Under the pieces are notes generated by a model. That model was not told the DNA's origin. It made no database searches and saw nothing but the letters and a program-made list of their open reading frames with translations. A stretch of DNA of 64,000 nucleotides from a bacterium (lineage in GTDB: Archaea; Nanobdellota; Nanobdellia; Pacearchaeales; GW2011-AR1): positions 16,812-80,811 of the forward strand of contig DAITPU010000002.1 in NCBI GenBank assembly GCA_036833455.1, read 5' to 3'. The position numbers and the translations under genes were made by a program. Positions 28,977 through 39,149 of this stretch are shown here, in pieces. How positions within the stretch are numbered: position 1 is the first letter of the stretch; each line of letters opens with the position of its first letter.

Positions 28977-29794
28977 TTTTTCTTAATAACCCTTAAAAAG
29001 GTTTTATATTTCATTAATCCGAGTTCGGTGATTATTCCTTTTATGTATTTTCTCTGAATAAGTTCAAAAGCGGGATTTCTTATTTTAATATTAGATTTTT
29101 TAGGAATCTTTTCCCAAACTTCATGAAAATTTCTCTCTTCAATCTTCAAATCTTTAGGAGAATACTTCCAAGAATCTGCAACGATATATAAAGGAATTCG
29201 GTTTATTTTTGCAAGTTTTGAAATTGTCCCACTTCCAACTTTATTTATGACTCCTTTTTTTAAAAGCGCATCTGCTCCCAAAAATATTTTTGTGACTTTT
29301 TTTGTGTCTTGTTTTTTTGAGAGTGCTATGTCCATTGCAGAATCTACGAACATTGTAGTTTTGATTCCTGCAGCCCTTAATTCTTTTGCGGTTTTTCTTC
29401 CTTGAAATAAGGGACGTGTTTCAGTATTATAAACTTCAAATTTTTTTCCCTTTCTCTTAGAATAAATTAGAGCATTGACTACATTTGTTGAATGGCAATG
29501 AGTGTAAATTATGTCTCCATCCTCGATTATTTCAAAAACTTCTTCATTTATTTTTGACTGAGCCAAATCAAAATGAGCCAATAAATCTGAAAAATTTTCC
29601 TTATTAGCTTTTTTTAAAACATTGACTAACATGGGTTCAGTTGGCCTTAGAGAGATTAATTTCCTTTTTGAATTTTCAGTTGGAATTAAAGAATAAGCAT
29701 AAAGTGCATTTTTAGCTATGTTTCTGGCACCTTGAATTTTTATTGACTTTATATCTTTTGAAATCCTATTAAACTCTTTTATTTTTTTCTTCAT
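28973..29794 (-). CDS. eIF-2B alpha/beta/delta family protein (possible ribose-1,5-bisphosphate isomerase)
   Basis: Family signature around THCHSTNV...TETRPLFQGR...GADALLKKGVINKVGS; 273 aa; AMP phosphorylase present at 13470. Confidence 0.55.
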   Translation of the reverse strand: MKKKIKEFNRISKDIKSIKIQGARNIAKNALYAYSLIPTENSKRKLISLRPTEPMLVNVLKKANKENFSDLLAHFDLAQSKINEEVFEIIEDGDIIYTHCHSTNVVNALIYSKRKGKKFEVYNTETRPLFQGRKTAKELRAAGIKTTMFVDSAMDIALSKKQDTKKVTKIFLGADALLKKGVINKVGSGTISKLAKINRIPLYIVADSWKYSPKDLKIEERNFHEVWEKIPKKSNIKIRNPAFELIQRKYIKGIITELGLMKYKTFLRVIKKN

Positions 29795-29828
29795 TCAATT
29801 ATAAGTTTAAAGATATTTAAAAAACTCT

Positions 29829-30824
29829 CTAAAAGAAAATTATGAATCCTAAAACAATTATTATTAATTGGAAGAGATTAATTACAATAGGAACTTCCCA
29901 TTCGTAAGCTTTTCCTTTTATTTTCTTAAGAATAACTATTGCAAGGTGTTCTAATCCATATATCTTATCGTATCTTAAATCTAAACTTCCATCTTTTCTT
30001 ATTTTTCCAAAGCTTTCTTTTTTTAATTTCCCTCTTAATTTCAAAATAACTTCAAGAACATATGGAATAAAAAAGAAGATTGTTATTAATTCTACATTTC
30101 CAATTATGGCTATGCAAGCAATTAATGCCCCTACTGGATAAGTTAAAATGTCTCCTGGGAAAACTTTTGAAGGGTATTTATTAAATATCCAAAATGCAAG
30201 TAAACTTGCAACCATGCATGCAGAAATTAAACTTAACCAAGGATTTCCAGTTATAAAAGTCACTATTGAAAGTGCAGAAAGAAAAAGTATTCCTTGGCTT
30301 GCTTCCAATCCATTATATCCTGCTAAAAAATTAAATGTGGATGTTGCACCAACTATTCCTATCGGAACTAAAACAAGAGGAAACCACAATCCAAAATTAA
30401 TTCCTAAAATATTTGGATCCCCCAAATTTAAAACCATAATTGGAACTGCTGTGAAGATTAGAAATATTATTCTTGATCTATTGCTTAATCCTCTTTTCCA
30501 ACCTAATAAGTCATCGAAGATTCCTATAAATCCTGCAAGAGTTAAAACTCCCAAAATTGCGAGTATTTCTATTATGTGTGTTCTATCATCAAAAATAAAA
30601 GTTCTCAAAGCAATGTAAAGCATGATTGCGATTACGAATCCCATTAGAACTGCAATTCCTCCTCCCTCGGCAACTTCTCTTCCATCTAGCTTATGGATAT
30701 CTTTTCCCACTAATTTTTCTTCTTTTGCCCTTTTGATCCAAGCCGGAATAAATAAAACTGTTATTAAAAATGAAATCATAAGAATCGGTCCAAATAGAAA
30801 ACCTAAAAAAGTTAAATTATCCAT
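29829..30824 (-). CDS. aglH: Glycosyltransferase family 4 polyprenyl-phosphate HexNAc-1-P transferase (AglH/WecA/MraY-like)
   Basis: 10-11 TM, conserved DDxxG (IFDDLLGWKRGL) and NxxNxxDGxDGL-like region; heads the glycosylation locus. Confidence 0.7.
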   Translation of the reverse strand: MDNLTFLGFLFGPILMISFLITVLFIPAWIKRAKEEKLVGKDIHKLDGREVAEGGGIAVLMGFVIAIMLYIALRTFIFDDRTHIIEILAILGVLTLAGFIGIFDDLLGWKRGLSNRSRIIFLIFTAVPIMVLNLGDPNILGINFGLWFPLVLVPIGIVGATSTFNFLAGYNGLEASQGILFLSALSIVTFITGNPWLSLISACMVASLLAFWIFNKYPSKVFPGDILTYPVGALIACIAIIGNVELITIFFFIPYVLEVILKLRGKLKKESFGKIRKDGSLDLRYDKIYGLEHLAIVILKKIKGKAYEWEVPIVINLFQLIIIVLGFIIFF

Positions 30825-30863
30825 GGATTTTAATCAAAGCTCAAGTATTTAAATTTAATTACA

Positions 30864-31742
30864 CTAAAAAAAAGCAGGAGTTAAATATACTTCCATTATT
30901 GCTGCAATTATTAAAATTGATATTGCTAAAAATATTAAAAGGATCATATTTTCCAAAACATGATAAAATCTTTTTCCCCTAAATCCGTTTCTAATGATTC
31001 CAACTCCCAAAATTCCTCCAGCTAAAGCGGCTATGAAATAAGCCGCAATTTCAGGAACTCCGTGAAGCATGTATCTTGCCACTCCAAGTGGGATTTTACT
31101 TAGTTGATATTCACTAAATATTCCTATTGCTCCCGCAATTACACTTGCGTTCCAGGCTAAAATAAAAATTGCTCCTGCACCAAAAATTATTGAAAAAATT
31201 AGGGTGAAAATTAAAACATAAACATTGTTTTCTAGAATTAACATTAATCTTGATCCCTTTGTAATTCCTCCAGTTATTGATGAAGAAGATCCTCCCGAAT
31301 ATTGGTTGACACAATCTTCAACATTTGAAGGGTAATTTATTGAACAATAAGTTTCTATTTGGGCGTTAAGCAAATTGTGATCATGGAGAGCTATGTGCCA
31401 GAAAGAGAAGGCGATAACAAATCCAACGAAAAGCCATATAAGAGCATAAATGGCATCTTTATGAACTTTCCAAACATCTCTAAATCCCTCTATAACCTCG
31501 TCTCTTTTTTCTTCTTTCTTTATAATGTAATACATAAAAGGTAAGGAGAACATAACACAAAAAGTCACAACTATTAAACCTGAAAATTTAGACAAAACTT
31601 GGTCTTGAGTGAAAAAAAGATGGGCCAAAATTAAAGAAAGTGATCCGTAAAGTAACCCGACAAGTAACATTTTCCAGGGTGCTTTTTCTGCTCTTTTTGG
31701 ATTTATTAAGGCCTCTAACATATTTCTATTAGACCAAGACAT
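30864..31742 (-). CDS. Polytopic membrane protein, unknown function
   Basis: 292 aa, 6-7 TM. Confidence 0.4.
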   Translation of the reverse strand: MSWSNRNMLEALINPKRAEKAPWKMLLVGLLYGSLSLILAHLFFTQDQVLSKFSGLIVVTFCVMFSLPFMYYIIKKEEKRDEVIEGFRDVWKVHKDAIYALIWLFVGFVIAFSFWHIALHDHNLLNAQIETYCSINYPSNVEDCVNQYSGGSSSSITGGITKGSRLMLILENNVYVLIFTLIFSIIFGAGAIFILAWNASVIAGAIGIFSEYQLSKIPLGVARYMLHGVPEIAAYFIAALAGGILGVGIIRNGFRGKRFYHVLENMILLIFLAISILIIAAIMEVYLTPAFF

Positions 31743-31771
31743 TTTTTAAATGTTCTTTAATTTAAAATATA

Positions 31772-33136
31772 ATGGACTTTATTCATGAAGGAGGAAAAGA
31801 TTTGAAGGGTCTTTTTAATCGTTTTAAAAAAAGAGATTTTTCTGGAGATACCGGACAAACTATAAAAAATTCTAGCTATCAACTTGCTCAAAATTTAGTT
31901 TTTAAACTTGGAAGTTTAATTTTTACCATAATTGTTGCTAGAATATTACTTCCGGATTTAATGGGATTATATAACTTGGCTTTAACTACGATAATTTTAA
32001 TTTCTTCGTTTAGTGATTTGGGAATTGGGTCTGCATTAATTACTTTTTGTTCTAAAAATATTGGAAATAAAAAATATGGTAAAGCTAAAGGTTATTTGAA
32101 AAAACTATTTGAATGGAAGATTTATCTTCTATTAATTTCTTCTTTAATGATACTAGGGGGGGCTTATTTTATAAGTGAATTTTATTACCAAAAACCTATA
32201 TTTTATGCTCTTTTAGTTGGAGGAATTTATATTCCTGTTTTGGGTTTAATTGGGTTTTTTGAACAAGTTTTCAAATCTGAACAAAATTTTAGAATTCCTC
32301 TATTTAAAGAGATTCTTTTTCAAATTTCAAGGATGGTTATTGTTCCTTTAGCTATTCTCTTATTCATTAGTTCAAGTATTTCTCCAGAAAAATTAATTCC
32401 TGTCGTTTTATTATCTTTAATTTTTGCTTATTCTTTGAGCCTCCTATATTTATTTAAATTTTTGAAAAGAGTTAAATTTTTGAAAACGAAATCTGAAAAA
32501 TTGAACTCTTTGGAAATTAAAGAATTGAAGAAATTTATTTACCCTTTAAGTGCTACCGCAATGACTGGTTTGTTTTTTGGTTACACAGATACTTTGATGT
32601 TAGGTCATTTTATTAGTGCTAAATTTATTGCGTATTACATAGCTGCTTTTAGTTTAGTTGGGGGGGCTACTGCAATTATAGGATTTATGGCTTCGGCAAT
32701 GATCCCTATATTTGCAAGAAAACAAGGTAAAGAATTGGAAAATATTTTCAAAAAGACTCGAAATTTTAGTATTTTTATTTCGCTCTTGGCAGGTATTTTT
32801 ACTTATTTTGTTTCTTGGTATGTTGTTAAATTGACTTATGGTGTAGAGTATCTTCCTGCAAGCCAGGTTTTAAAATTGTTTAGTGTTTTGGTTTTCTTAT
32901 TGCCTATATCTGGGATATATGAAGGTTACTTTACAACTCAAAAAAGAACAAAAGAGCTTGCGATTTTGCTTGTTGGTAGCACAATTTTAAATGTTATTTT
33001 AAATTTTATTGGAATAACTTATGGTTTGAATAATTTTGGAGAAATGGGTGCTGTTTATGGAGCATGCTTTGCAACTATTTTAAGTAGGATTATATATTTA
33101 GGAGGGTTGGTTATTTGGAGAGGAAGAGTGTTTTGA
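31772..33136 (+). CDS. Oligosaccharide flippase (Wzx/MOP superfamily polysaccharide biosynthesis protein)
   Basis: 454 aa, ~12-14 TM, typical polysaccharide-biosynthesis-protein layout in glycan cluster. Confidence 0.65.
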   Translation: MDFIHEGGKDLKGLFNRFKKRDFSGDTGQTIKNSSYQLAQNLVFKLGSLIFTIIVARILLPDLMGLYNLALTTIILISSFSDLGIGSALITFCSKNIGNKKYGKAKGYLKKLFEWKIYLLLISSLMILGGAYFISEFYYQKPIFYALLVGGIYIPVLGLIGFFEQVFKSEQNFRIPLFKEILFQISRMVIVPLAILLFISSSISPEKLIPVVLLSLIFAYSLSLLYLFKFLKRVKFLKTKSEKLNSLEIKELKKFIYPLSATAMTGLFFGYTDTLMLGHFISAKFIAYYIAAFSLVGGATAIIGFMASAMIPIFARKQGKELENIFKKTRNFSIFISLLAGIFTYFVSWYVVKLTYGVEYLPASQVLKLFSVLVFLLPISGIYEGYFTTQKRTKELAILLVGSTILNVILNFIGITYGLNNFGEMGAVYGACFATILSRIIYLGGLVIWRGRVF

Positions 33137-33155
33137 GAATTTTATTTTTTTAAAT

Positions 33156-33740
33156 TTATAATAAATTTTCTTTTTTGAATTTTTCTTTTAAAAAATAAGC
33201 AACCGAATGTAAAATTAACATATGTAAATCTTCTACACACCCATAATGTTCTTTTGGGATGTGTATACTTAAATCTGCTAATTCTTTTAACATTCCCCCT
33301 TTAAAACCCGACAATCCTATAACAAATAATTTTCCTTCTTTTGCTGTTTTGACTGCTTTAATTATATTGGGAGAATTTCCACTTGAAGACACTGCAACCA
33401 GAATATCCCCCGGATTCATTAAATTTTTTAATTGTTCCGAAAATATGTTTTCATAACCCAAATCATTTCCATAAGCAGAAATTAAAGGTATATTTTCCGA
33501 AAGAGAATTCACCTTAAATCTTTTATTTTTATTTGAAAAAAAGTTATTGATTGTTCCTTTTCCCAAATCACAAGCAAAATGAGATGCAATGGACGCTGAA
33601 CCTCCATTACCTATAATGAATATATTTTTATCTTTAAAATAAGCCTCTTCTAGAAGGGATGCAAATTTTTCAATTGAATCTAGACTTATTGAATGAAAAA
33701 TTTCGTTGAATTCCTTAAAATAATCCTTTATCGATTCCAT
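33156..33740 (-). CDS. gmhA: SIS-domain sedoheptulose-7-phosphate isomerase (GmhA-like)
   Basis: IIGNGGSASIASHFACDLGKG and VAVSSSGNSPNI motifs of GmhA. Confidence 0.7.
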   Translation of the reverse strand: MESIKDYFKEFNEIFHSISLDSIEKFASLLEEAYFKDKNIFIIGNGGSASIASHFACDLGKGTINNFFSNKNKRFKVNSLSENIPLISAYGNDLGYENIFSEQLKNLMNPGDILVAVSSSGNSPNIIKAVKTAKEGKLFVIGLSGFKGGMLKELADLSIHIPKEHYGCVEDLHMLILHSVAYFLKEKFKKENLL

Positions 33741-34718
33741 TTAAATTTCATAAATAATTTTTGAACCTTCCTTTTCAAATTCTATTTTAAACTCCTTTAG
33801 ATGAGATAAACTCTCTCTTAATTTTTCCTGGAATTTTTTTTCACAATAAAATAAGATAAATCCTCCTCCTCCTGCTCCCAATACTTTTCCTCCTGATGCT
33901 CCCGCGGATAATCCTTTATCATATATTTCATCAATAAATTTATCCGAAATAGAATTTGTTAACTCCCTTTTAATTTTCCAACTTTCTCCCAATTTTTTCC
34001 CAAAATTTTCTAAATTGTTATTTTCTAGATCTTCCTTCATTTTTAGCGTTATTTCTTTTAACTTTTTTAAAGATTCAAATTTTTCTACTTTAGACTCTAT
34101 TTCAGAAGATTGTTCTTTTAAAATATCTGAAGCATTTCTTACTTTATTTAAATAAAAAAGAACCAAATTATTTTGAATTATCTCTTTATTTTTTTCTGAA
34201 ATATTTAGGGGAGATATTTCAACCGAATCATCTTCATTAAACTTAATAAAATTAAATCCTCCAAATGCAGCTGCATATTGATCTTGTTTTCCAATTGGTT
34301 CTTTTAAATTTTTTATTTCTATTTCGCAAGCTTTTTCAGCAAAAAACCTTTTTGATTTTTTCTCACGATTAAAATGGCAGATTAAATTAATTAAACCAAC
34401 TGTAAAAGAGCTACTAGATCCAAGTCCTGTGCCATGAGGGACTTCTCCAATTGAATATAATTCAAATCCTTTATCTAACTTAAGTTCCTTAAATGCTTCT
34501 TTTACCCTAGTATTTTTTATTTGATTTATTGAATCAACAATTTCCGTTATATTGTAATGAATTTTATAATTCCCTTCAAAAGATTTGTGCCCAATTAAAT
34601 GAACATACTTATTTATGCTCGTGCTAATTACACAACCATATTCCCTTTTATAAAAAGAAGGTAAATCTGTTCCCCCTCCAAAAAAACTAATTCTTAAAGG
34701 AGTTCTTGAAATAATCAT
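33741..34718 (-). CDS. hddA: GHMP sugar kinase, D-glycero-D-manno-heptose-7-phosphate kinase-like (HddA)
   Basis: RTPLRISFFGGGTD N-terminus and GTGLGSSSS ATP motif; adjacent to gmhA. Confidence 0.65.
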   Translation of the reverse strand: MIISRTPLRISFFGGGTDLPSFYKREYGCVISTSINKYVHLIGHKSFEGNYKIHYNITEIVDSINQIKNTRVKEAFKELKLDKGFELYSIGEVPHGTGLGSSSSFTVGLINLICHFNREKKSKRFFAEKACEIEIKNLKEPIGKQDQYAAAFGGFNFIKFNEDDSVEISPLNISEKNKEIIQNNLVLFYLNKVRNASDILKEQSSEIESKVEKFESLKKLKEITLKMKEDLENNNLENFGKKLGESWKIKRELTNSISDKFIDEIYDKGLSAGASGGKVLGAGGGGFILFYCEKKFQEKLRESLSHLKEFKIEFEKEGSKIIYEI

Positions 34719-34762
34719 AAAACTAATAAACTTGATTTCTTTTTAAGATTTACCATAGAAAA

Positions 34763-35458
34763 ATGAAAGCTTTACTTTTATCTGCCGGATTTGGAACTAG
34801 ATTATCTCCCCTTACAGACAAAATTCCTAAAGTGATGGTTCCAATTAACAAAAAACCTTGTATTGAATATTGTATAGAAAATTTAAAGAAACAAGGGATA
34901 AAAGAGTTTTTAATAAATACCCATTATCTACCTGAAGAAATTAAAAAGTATTTTGGCAATGGAAAAAAATTTGGAATTAAAATAAATTATTCTTTTGAAA
35001 AGCAAATTTTAGGGACAGCTGGTTCTCTAAATAATTTTAAAACTCAACTTAATGAAACATTTTTAGTTGTATGCGCAGATGTTCTTGCAAATTTTAATAT
35101 TAAAAAAGCAATAAATATTCATAAAAAAAACAAAGCGGATATTACCCTCTTTTTAGATAAAAAAAGAAGTTTTAAAGATAAAGGTTTAGTAATAAAAGAA
35201 AAAAATCTTGTTAAAATGTTTGTCGAAAAACCTCAAAAAAAAATCTCTAAAGCATATATTAATTCTGGATTTTATATTGTAGAGCCAAGTATATTATCTG
35301 AAATTCCCCCTGGATTTTATGACTTTGGAAAAGATTTATTTCCTAAAATTATCAATAAGAAAAAAATTTGTTGTGTAGACCACGAAGGGTATATTTTTGA
35401 TATTGGAACCTTAGAAGATTTAAAAAAAGCAGAAGAATTTCTACAAAAGAATTTATAA
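34763..35458 (+). CDS. hddC: Sugar-1-phosphate nucleotidyltransferase (HddC/GDP-heptose pyrophosphorylase-like)
   Basis: MKALLLSAGFGTRLSPLT nucleotidyltransferase signature, 231 aa. Confidence 0.65.
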   Translation: MKALLLSAGFGTRLSPLTDKIPKVMVPINKKPCIEYCIENLKKQGIKEFLINTHYLPEEIKKYFGNGKKFGIKINYSFEKQILGTAGSLNNFKTQLNETFLVVCADVLANFNIKKAINIHKKNKADITLFLDKKRSFKDKGLVIKEKNLVKMFVEKPQKKISKAYINSGFYIVEPSILSEIPPGFYDFGKDLFPKIINKKKICCVDHEGYIFDIGTLEDLKKAEEFLQKNL

Positions 35459-35480
35459 AAAGTAGATAATACTTAATCTT

Positions 35481-36590
35481 ATGAAAATTTGTTTTGTATT
35501 GCCAGGGATGACTAAAACTGGAGGGGTTCAGTATATTTTTGAGATATGTAATAAATTGAAAAAAAGAGGGTATGATGTATCTATAGTTTCTTTAGGAAAT
35601 TATAGAAAAAAATGGTTTGATTTGAATCACGAGATAAATATAATTTTGCCTGAAAAAAAATACTCTATTCTTCTTCCATTTAAAGGGTATGTTTCTTTAA
35701 CTTCAATTTTAAATAAATTATTTAAAATTTCTAATCTTCCCTACAAGATAGATTTATCTCGTATTTTGGCAAACGCAATACCTCCTTCAGATGTAGTTAT
35801 AGCTACAGCGTATAATACTGCTTATTCTGTTTTTTTAAGTGAATCTAAAAAGAAATTTTATTGCATTCAACATGATGAATCTACTTTTTCTAAAGACCAA
35901 TTAGAAATTAATATTGCAAAAAATAGCTACCTTTTACCTCTAAAACAATTTGCTGCTTCTAGGTGGATAGTTAAAAGAATAAATTTAATAGGAGGCCAAA
36001 ATCCAATTTACTTAATGAATCCTGTGGATGCAAAAACATTTTGTTTAAAATCAAAAAAAGAAAACATGAGTGTTATGGGTTTTTTAAGAGGGATAGAGTG
36101 GAAAGGGGATGATGATATGCTAAAGGCTTTTGAAATAGTTAATAAGAACATCAAAGACGTTAAATTTAATATTGTTGATCCAAAAGGATTATTGCAAAAA
36201 AAAATGAAAAAGTTAAAAATTAAATTAAATAAATTTGAAGTTTTAGGCAAACATAATAAGGAAGAACTTTCTCAATTTTATTCCAAATCAGAAATTTTTG
36301 TTTTTGCTTCACATTTAGAAGGTTTTGGATTGCCCCCTTTAGAAGCAATGGCTTGTAAATGTGCCGTAGTTATGACTGATTCTGGGGGAATAAATGATTA
36401 TGGAAAACATGAAAAAAATTGCTTAATAAGCAAACCAAAAGATTATAAATCCCTTGCAAATAATATTATTAAGTTACTTAAAGATGAAGAATTTAAGAAA
36501 AAAATAGGAAATGAAGGTCTTTTAACTGCAAAAAAATTAAGTAAATGGGATCAAGTGATAAATACGTTGGAAAAAGAATTTAAAAAATGA
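35481..36590 (+). CDS. Glycosyltransferase family 4 (GT-B)
   Basis: EGFGLPPLEAMACKCAVV motif. Confidence 0.7.
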   Translation: MKICFVLPGMTKTGGVQYIFEICNKLKKRGYDVSIVSLGNYRKKWFDLNHEINIILPEKKYSILLPFKGYVSLTSILNKLFKISNLPYKIDLSRILANAIPPSDVVIATAYNTAYSVFLSESKKKFYCIQHDESTFSKDQLEINIAKNSYLLPLKQFAASRWIVKRINLIGGQNPIYLMNPVDAKTFCLKSKKENMSVMGFLRGIEWKGDDDMLKAFEIVNKNIKDVKFNIVDPKGLLQKKMKKLKIKLNKFEVLGKHNKEELSQFYSKSEIFVFASHLEGFGLPPLEAMACKCAVVMTDSGGINDYGKHEKNCLISKPKDYKSLANNIIKLLKDEEFKKKIGNEGLLTAKKLSKWDQVINTLEKEFKK

Positions 36591-37654
36591 AAATAATAAA
36601 GAGATTTAAAAAAGGTATGTTTTTGGCAATTTCTGCACCAAAAAATATTTTCTTTCGAAGAACATCTCGTCCTTTATATCCTGAATTTATGGTCTTTGAA
36701 ATAACAAGTTTATGTAATTCAAGATGTACCCATTGTAGTATTTGGAAACATCCTGGAAATATTAAAGAAGAGATTACAAGAAAAGAAATAAAAAAAGCCC
36801 TTCAGGATAAAGTATTCAAAAAACTTAAATTTGTTTTAATTACGGGGGGAGAGGCCTTATTAAAAAAAGATTTAAAGGAAATTATTCATGATATGAATGA
36901 AATATTTCCAGGGATACACATTTACTTAAGTACAAATGGATTGCTACCGGATAAGGCGATAGATTTGATTAAATTTTCAAAAGAAAAAGGAATTAATATA
37001 GGTATTGGGATTTCTTTAGATGCGTTAGGAGAAAAACACGATTTAATAAGAGGTGTTCCTGGAAATTTTAAAAAAATAGAATATTTGTTAAAAGAATTAG
37101 TAAAAATTAGAGAAAAATATGGTTGTGACATGCCTATTGGGTTGGGATTTACTTTATCTAAATATACCGCTAAAGATTATATTGCTGTTAAAAAATATGC
37201 AGAAAAATTTGATGTTGGTTTTTTAAGCCAGACCTATAATGAAGCAGAATATTACAAAAATGACTTAAAAGAAAAAGATAAAAAAATTGATTCTCAAGGG
37301 AACGAGGAACTTATAAATGTAATCAATCAGTTACCTGCCTCTCTATTAAAAAAACTTTCCATAAAATCTTTAAAAGGAGAGAATATGAAATTTTCTTGCT
37401 ATGCTTTACAAAAGTTTTTTCTTTTAAGACCCAATGGAGATGTTGCACCCTGCTTGAACTGGTGTAACTCTACTATTGGCAACATTAAATATAATTCCCC
37501 TTCAGAAGTTTGGAAAAGTAAAAAAGCTAAAGAAGTTAGGAAGAAGATTTTAAAATGTGATGGCTGTTTAAATGATTGGTGCACAAATAAAAGTTTTGAA
37601 GCTTCCTTTTATCCCATGATTCCTTATTACCTAAGGAAATTGATTCAAAAATGA
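36587..37654 (+). CDS. Radical SAM enzyme with C-terminal SPASM/twitch Cys-rich domain
   Basis: CNSRCTHC (CxxxCxxC) near N-terminus; C-terminal CYALQ...CLNWCNS...CDGCLNDWC cysteine cluster. Confidence 0.7.
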   Translation: MKIIKRFKKGMFLAISAPKNIFFRRTSRPLYPEFMVFEITSLCNSRCTHCSIWKHPGNIKEEITRKEIKKALQDKVFKKLKFVLITGGEALLKKDLKEIIHDMNEIFPGIHIYLSTNGLLPDKAIDLIKFSKEKGINIGIGISLDALGEKHDLIRGVPGNFKKIEYLLKELVKIREKYGCDMPIGLGFTLSKYTAKDYIAVKKYAEKFDVGFLSQTYNEAEYYKNDLKEKDKKIDSQGNEELINVINQLPASLLKKLSIKSLKGENMKFSCYALQKFFLLRPNGDVAPCLNWCNSTIGNIKYNSPSEVWKSKKAKEVRKKILKCDGCLNDWCTNKSFEASFYPMIPYYLRKLIQK

Positions 37655-37659
37655 AAAAA

Positions 37660-38292
37660 TTATTTTATTAACTCTTTTTTAAAATATAATCTATATGATA
37701 ATTTGGGAAAATAATATGTTAAGTACCCAAATAAAAAACAAATAATTTGAGAGATTAATTCCGGGGAATATTTGTAACTTCCATTGTCTCTTTTTAAAAA
37801 CTTAAATCCGTCAATTCCATAAACTTTATATCCTAATTCTCTTAATTCGTCTGTTTCCCATCCTGAAATATGTTTTTCTTCGGGATTATCCTCTTTTGTA
37901 GGGTGTAAATCAATCATTAATCCATTTGGAGTAGTCAAAATGACTTTATTAATAGCGACTCTTTCCATTTCATTTAATAAATTTAATCCATCTTCTTTTG
38001 ATAAATGTTCTATAACTTCTGTGCAGATAATAACTTCAAATGAATTTTCTTGAAAAGGCAATTTTCTAGTAATATCGTGTAAAAGGTATTTATTATGTAT
38101 TTTTTCTGATTTACTTTTATTAATATAAGGTTCATAATAATCTATTCCAACAGAATAGATGGGCCTATTAATTCCTTTTAAAATGGAATCTCTTCCGCAT
38201 CCGACATCTAATACAGATTTTACATTTTTTAATTCTTTCTCAATTAAATTTTTTGTTCTAAATTTTCTTTTTATTGATCTTGGAGGCTTCAT
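37660..38292 (-). CDS. Class I SAM-dependent methyltransferase
   Basis: VLDVGCGRDSIL motif I. Confidence 0.65.
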   Translation of the reverse strand: MKPPRSIKRKFRTKNLIEKELKNVKSVLDVGCGRDSILKGINRPIYSVGIDYYEPYINKSKSEKIHNKYLLHDITRKLPFQENSFEVIICTEVIEHLSKEDGLNLLNEMERVAINKVILTTPNGLMIDLHPTKEDNPEEKHISGWETDELRELGYKVYGIDGFKFLKRDNGSYKYSPELISQIICFLFGYLTYYFPKLSYRLYFKKELIK

Positions 38293-38324
38293 TTGTCATT
38301 TAAATGATTACCTTATTTAAAAAA

Positions 38325-39149
38325 TTATTGATTTAATTTTCCAAACTTTCCTTTTTTAAAATCCCTGTATCCTCTCCAAATCATCTTTAAATTTTCAACC
38401 TTATTTTTTTCAAAAAGAATTATTTTCAACACTAACCTATATATAAAAAAGAGATCCTTCTGATATTCTGGGAATACTTTTTTTAATTCCAAATAATTTC
38501 TAGCAATATAATATTTAACATTTGGATTTTCATTTATCCTTAAGATTATTTTTTTTCTTAAAATTTTTTTTGTTTTATAATCATCAAATACATTCCATTT
38601 CATTTTAATGTTTTTTATTTGATACTGCATAAATCCTTCTCTTTTTAAAGAATATCCAAAAAAAGTATCAACGAGATAAATAAATAATTTTTCGTTGAAC
38701 TTTCCTATTTTTTTCCAAGCATCTAGTTTTAATAAATTTCCGCTTGTGATTACAGAATCAACTTTTTCATTTTTTTTTATGGGGCTTGAGTTCCAATTTG
38801 GAGAAAAACTTACACTTTTATTATCCTTTTTGTGGATTCTTTTGGCTTCTTTAAAATATCCGACTATTTCTTTTTTTTCAAAATAGCAATCTTGATCCAT
38901 TGTTAAAACCCAATCAAATTTCATTTTTTGTGCTAATTCACACCCCTGATTTAGAGCTTTGGCAATTCCAAAATTATCCTTGTTAGTAATATAAATTATC
39001 TTTTTAATTTCAGATTTTATTAGATTTATATTACTTCTTTTTGAGTTATCTACTATTATGCACTTATTTACAAAAGGCAAATATCTTTCTATATTTTTCC
39101 ACATATTTTCATTTGGATTATACCAAATAACTATCGCGCATATCTTCAT
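38325..39149 (-). CDS. Glycosyltransferase family 2
   Basis: GT-A N-terminus, DxD-like TMDQD. Confidence 0.65.
   Translation of the reverse strand: MKICAIVIWYNPNENMWKNIERYLPFVNKCIIVDNSKRSNINLIKSEIKKIIYITNKDNFGIAKALNQGCELAQKMKFDWVLTMDQDCYFEKKEIVGYFKEAKRIHKKDNKSVSFSPNWNSSPIKKNEKVDSVITSGNLLKLDAWKKIGKFNEKLFIYLVDTFFGYSLKREGFMQYQIKNIKMKWNVFDDYKTKKILRKKIILRINENPNVKYYIARNYLELKKVFPEYQKDLFFIYRLVLKIILFEKNKVENLKMIWRGYRDFKKGKFGKLNQ

Noticed and set aside
31114-31314. 66-aa ORF inside membrane protein gene 30864..31742 (same strand, different frame)
   Set aside because: Nested out-of-frame ORF, Cys/Asn-rich nonsense translation
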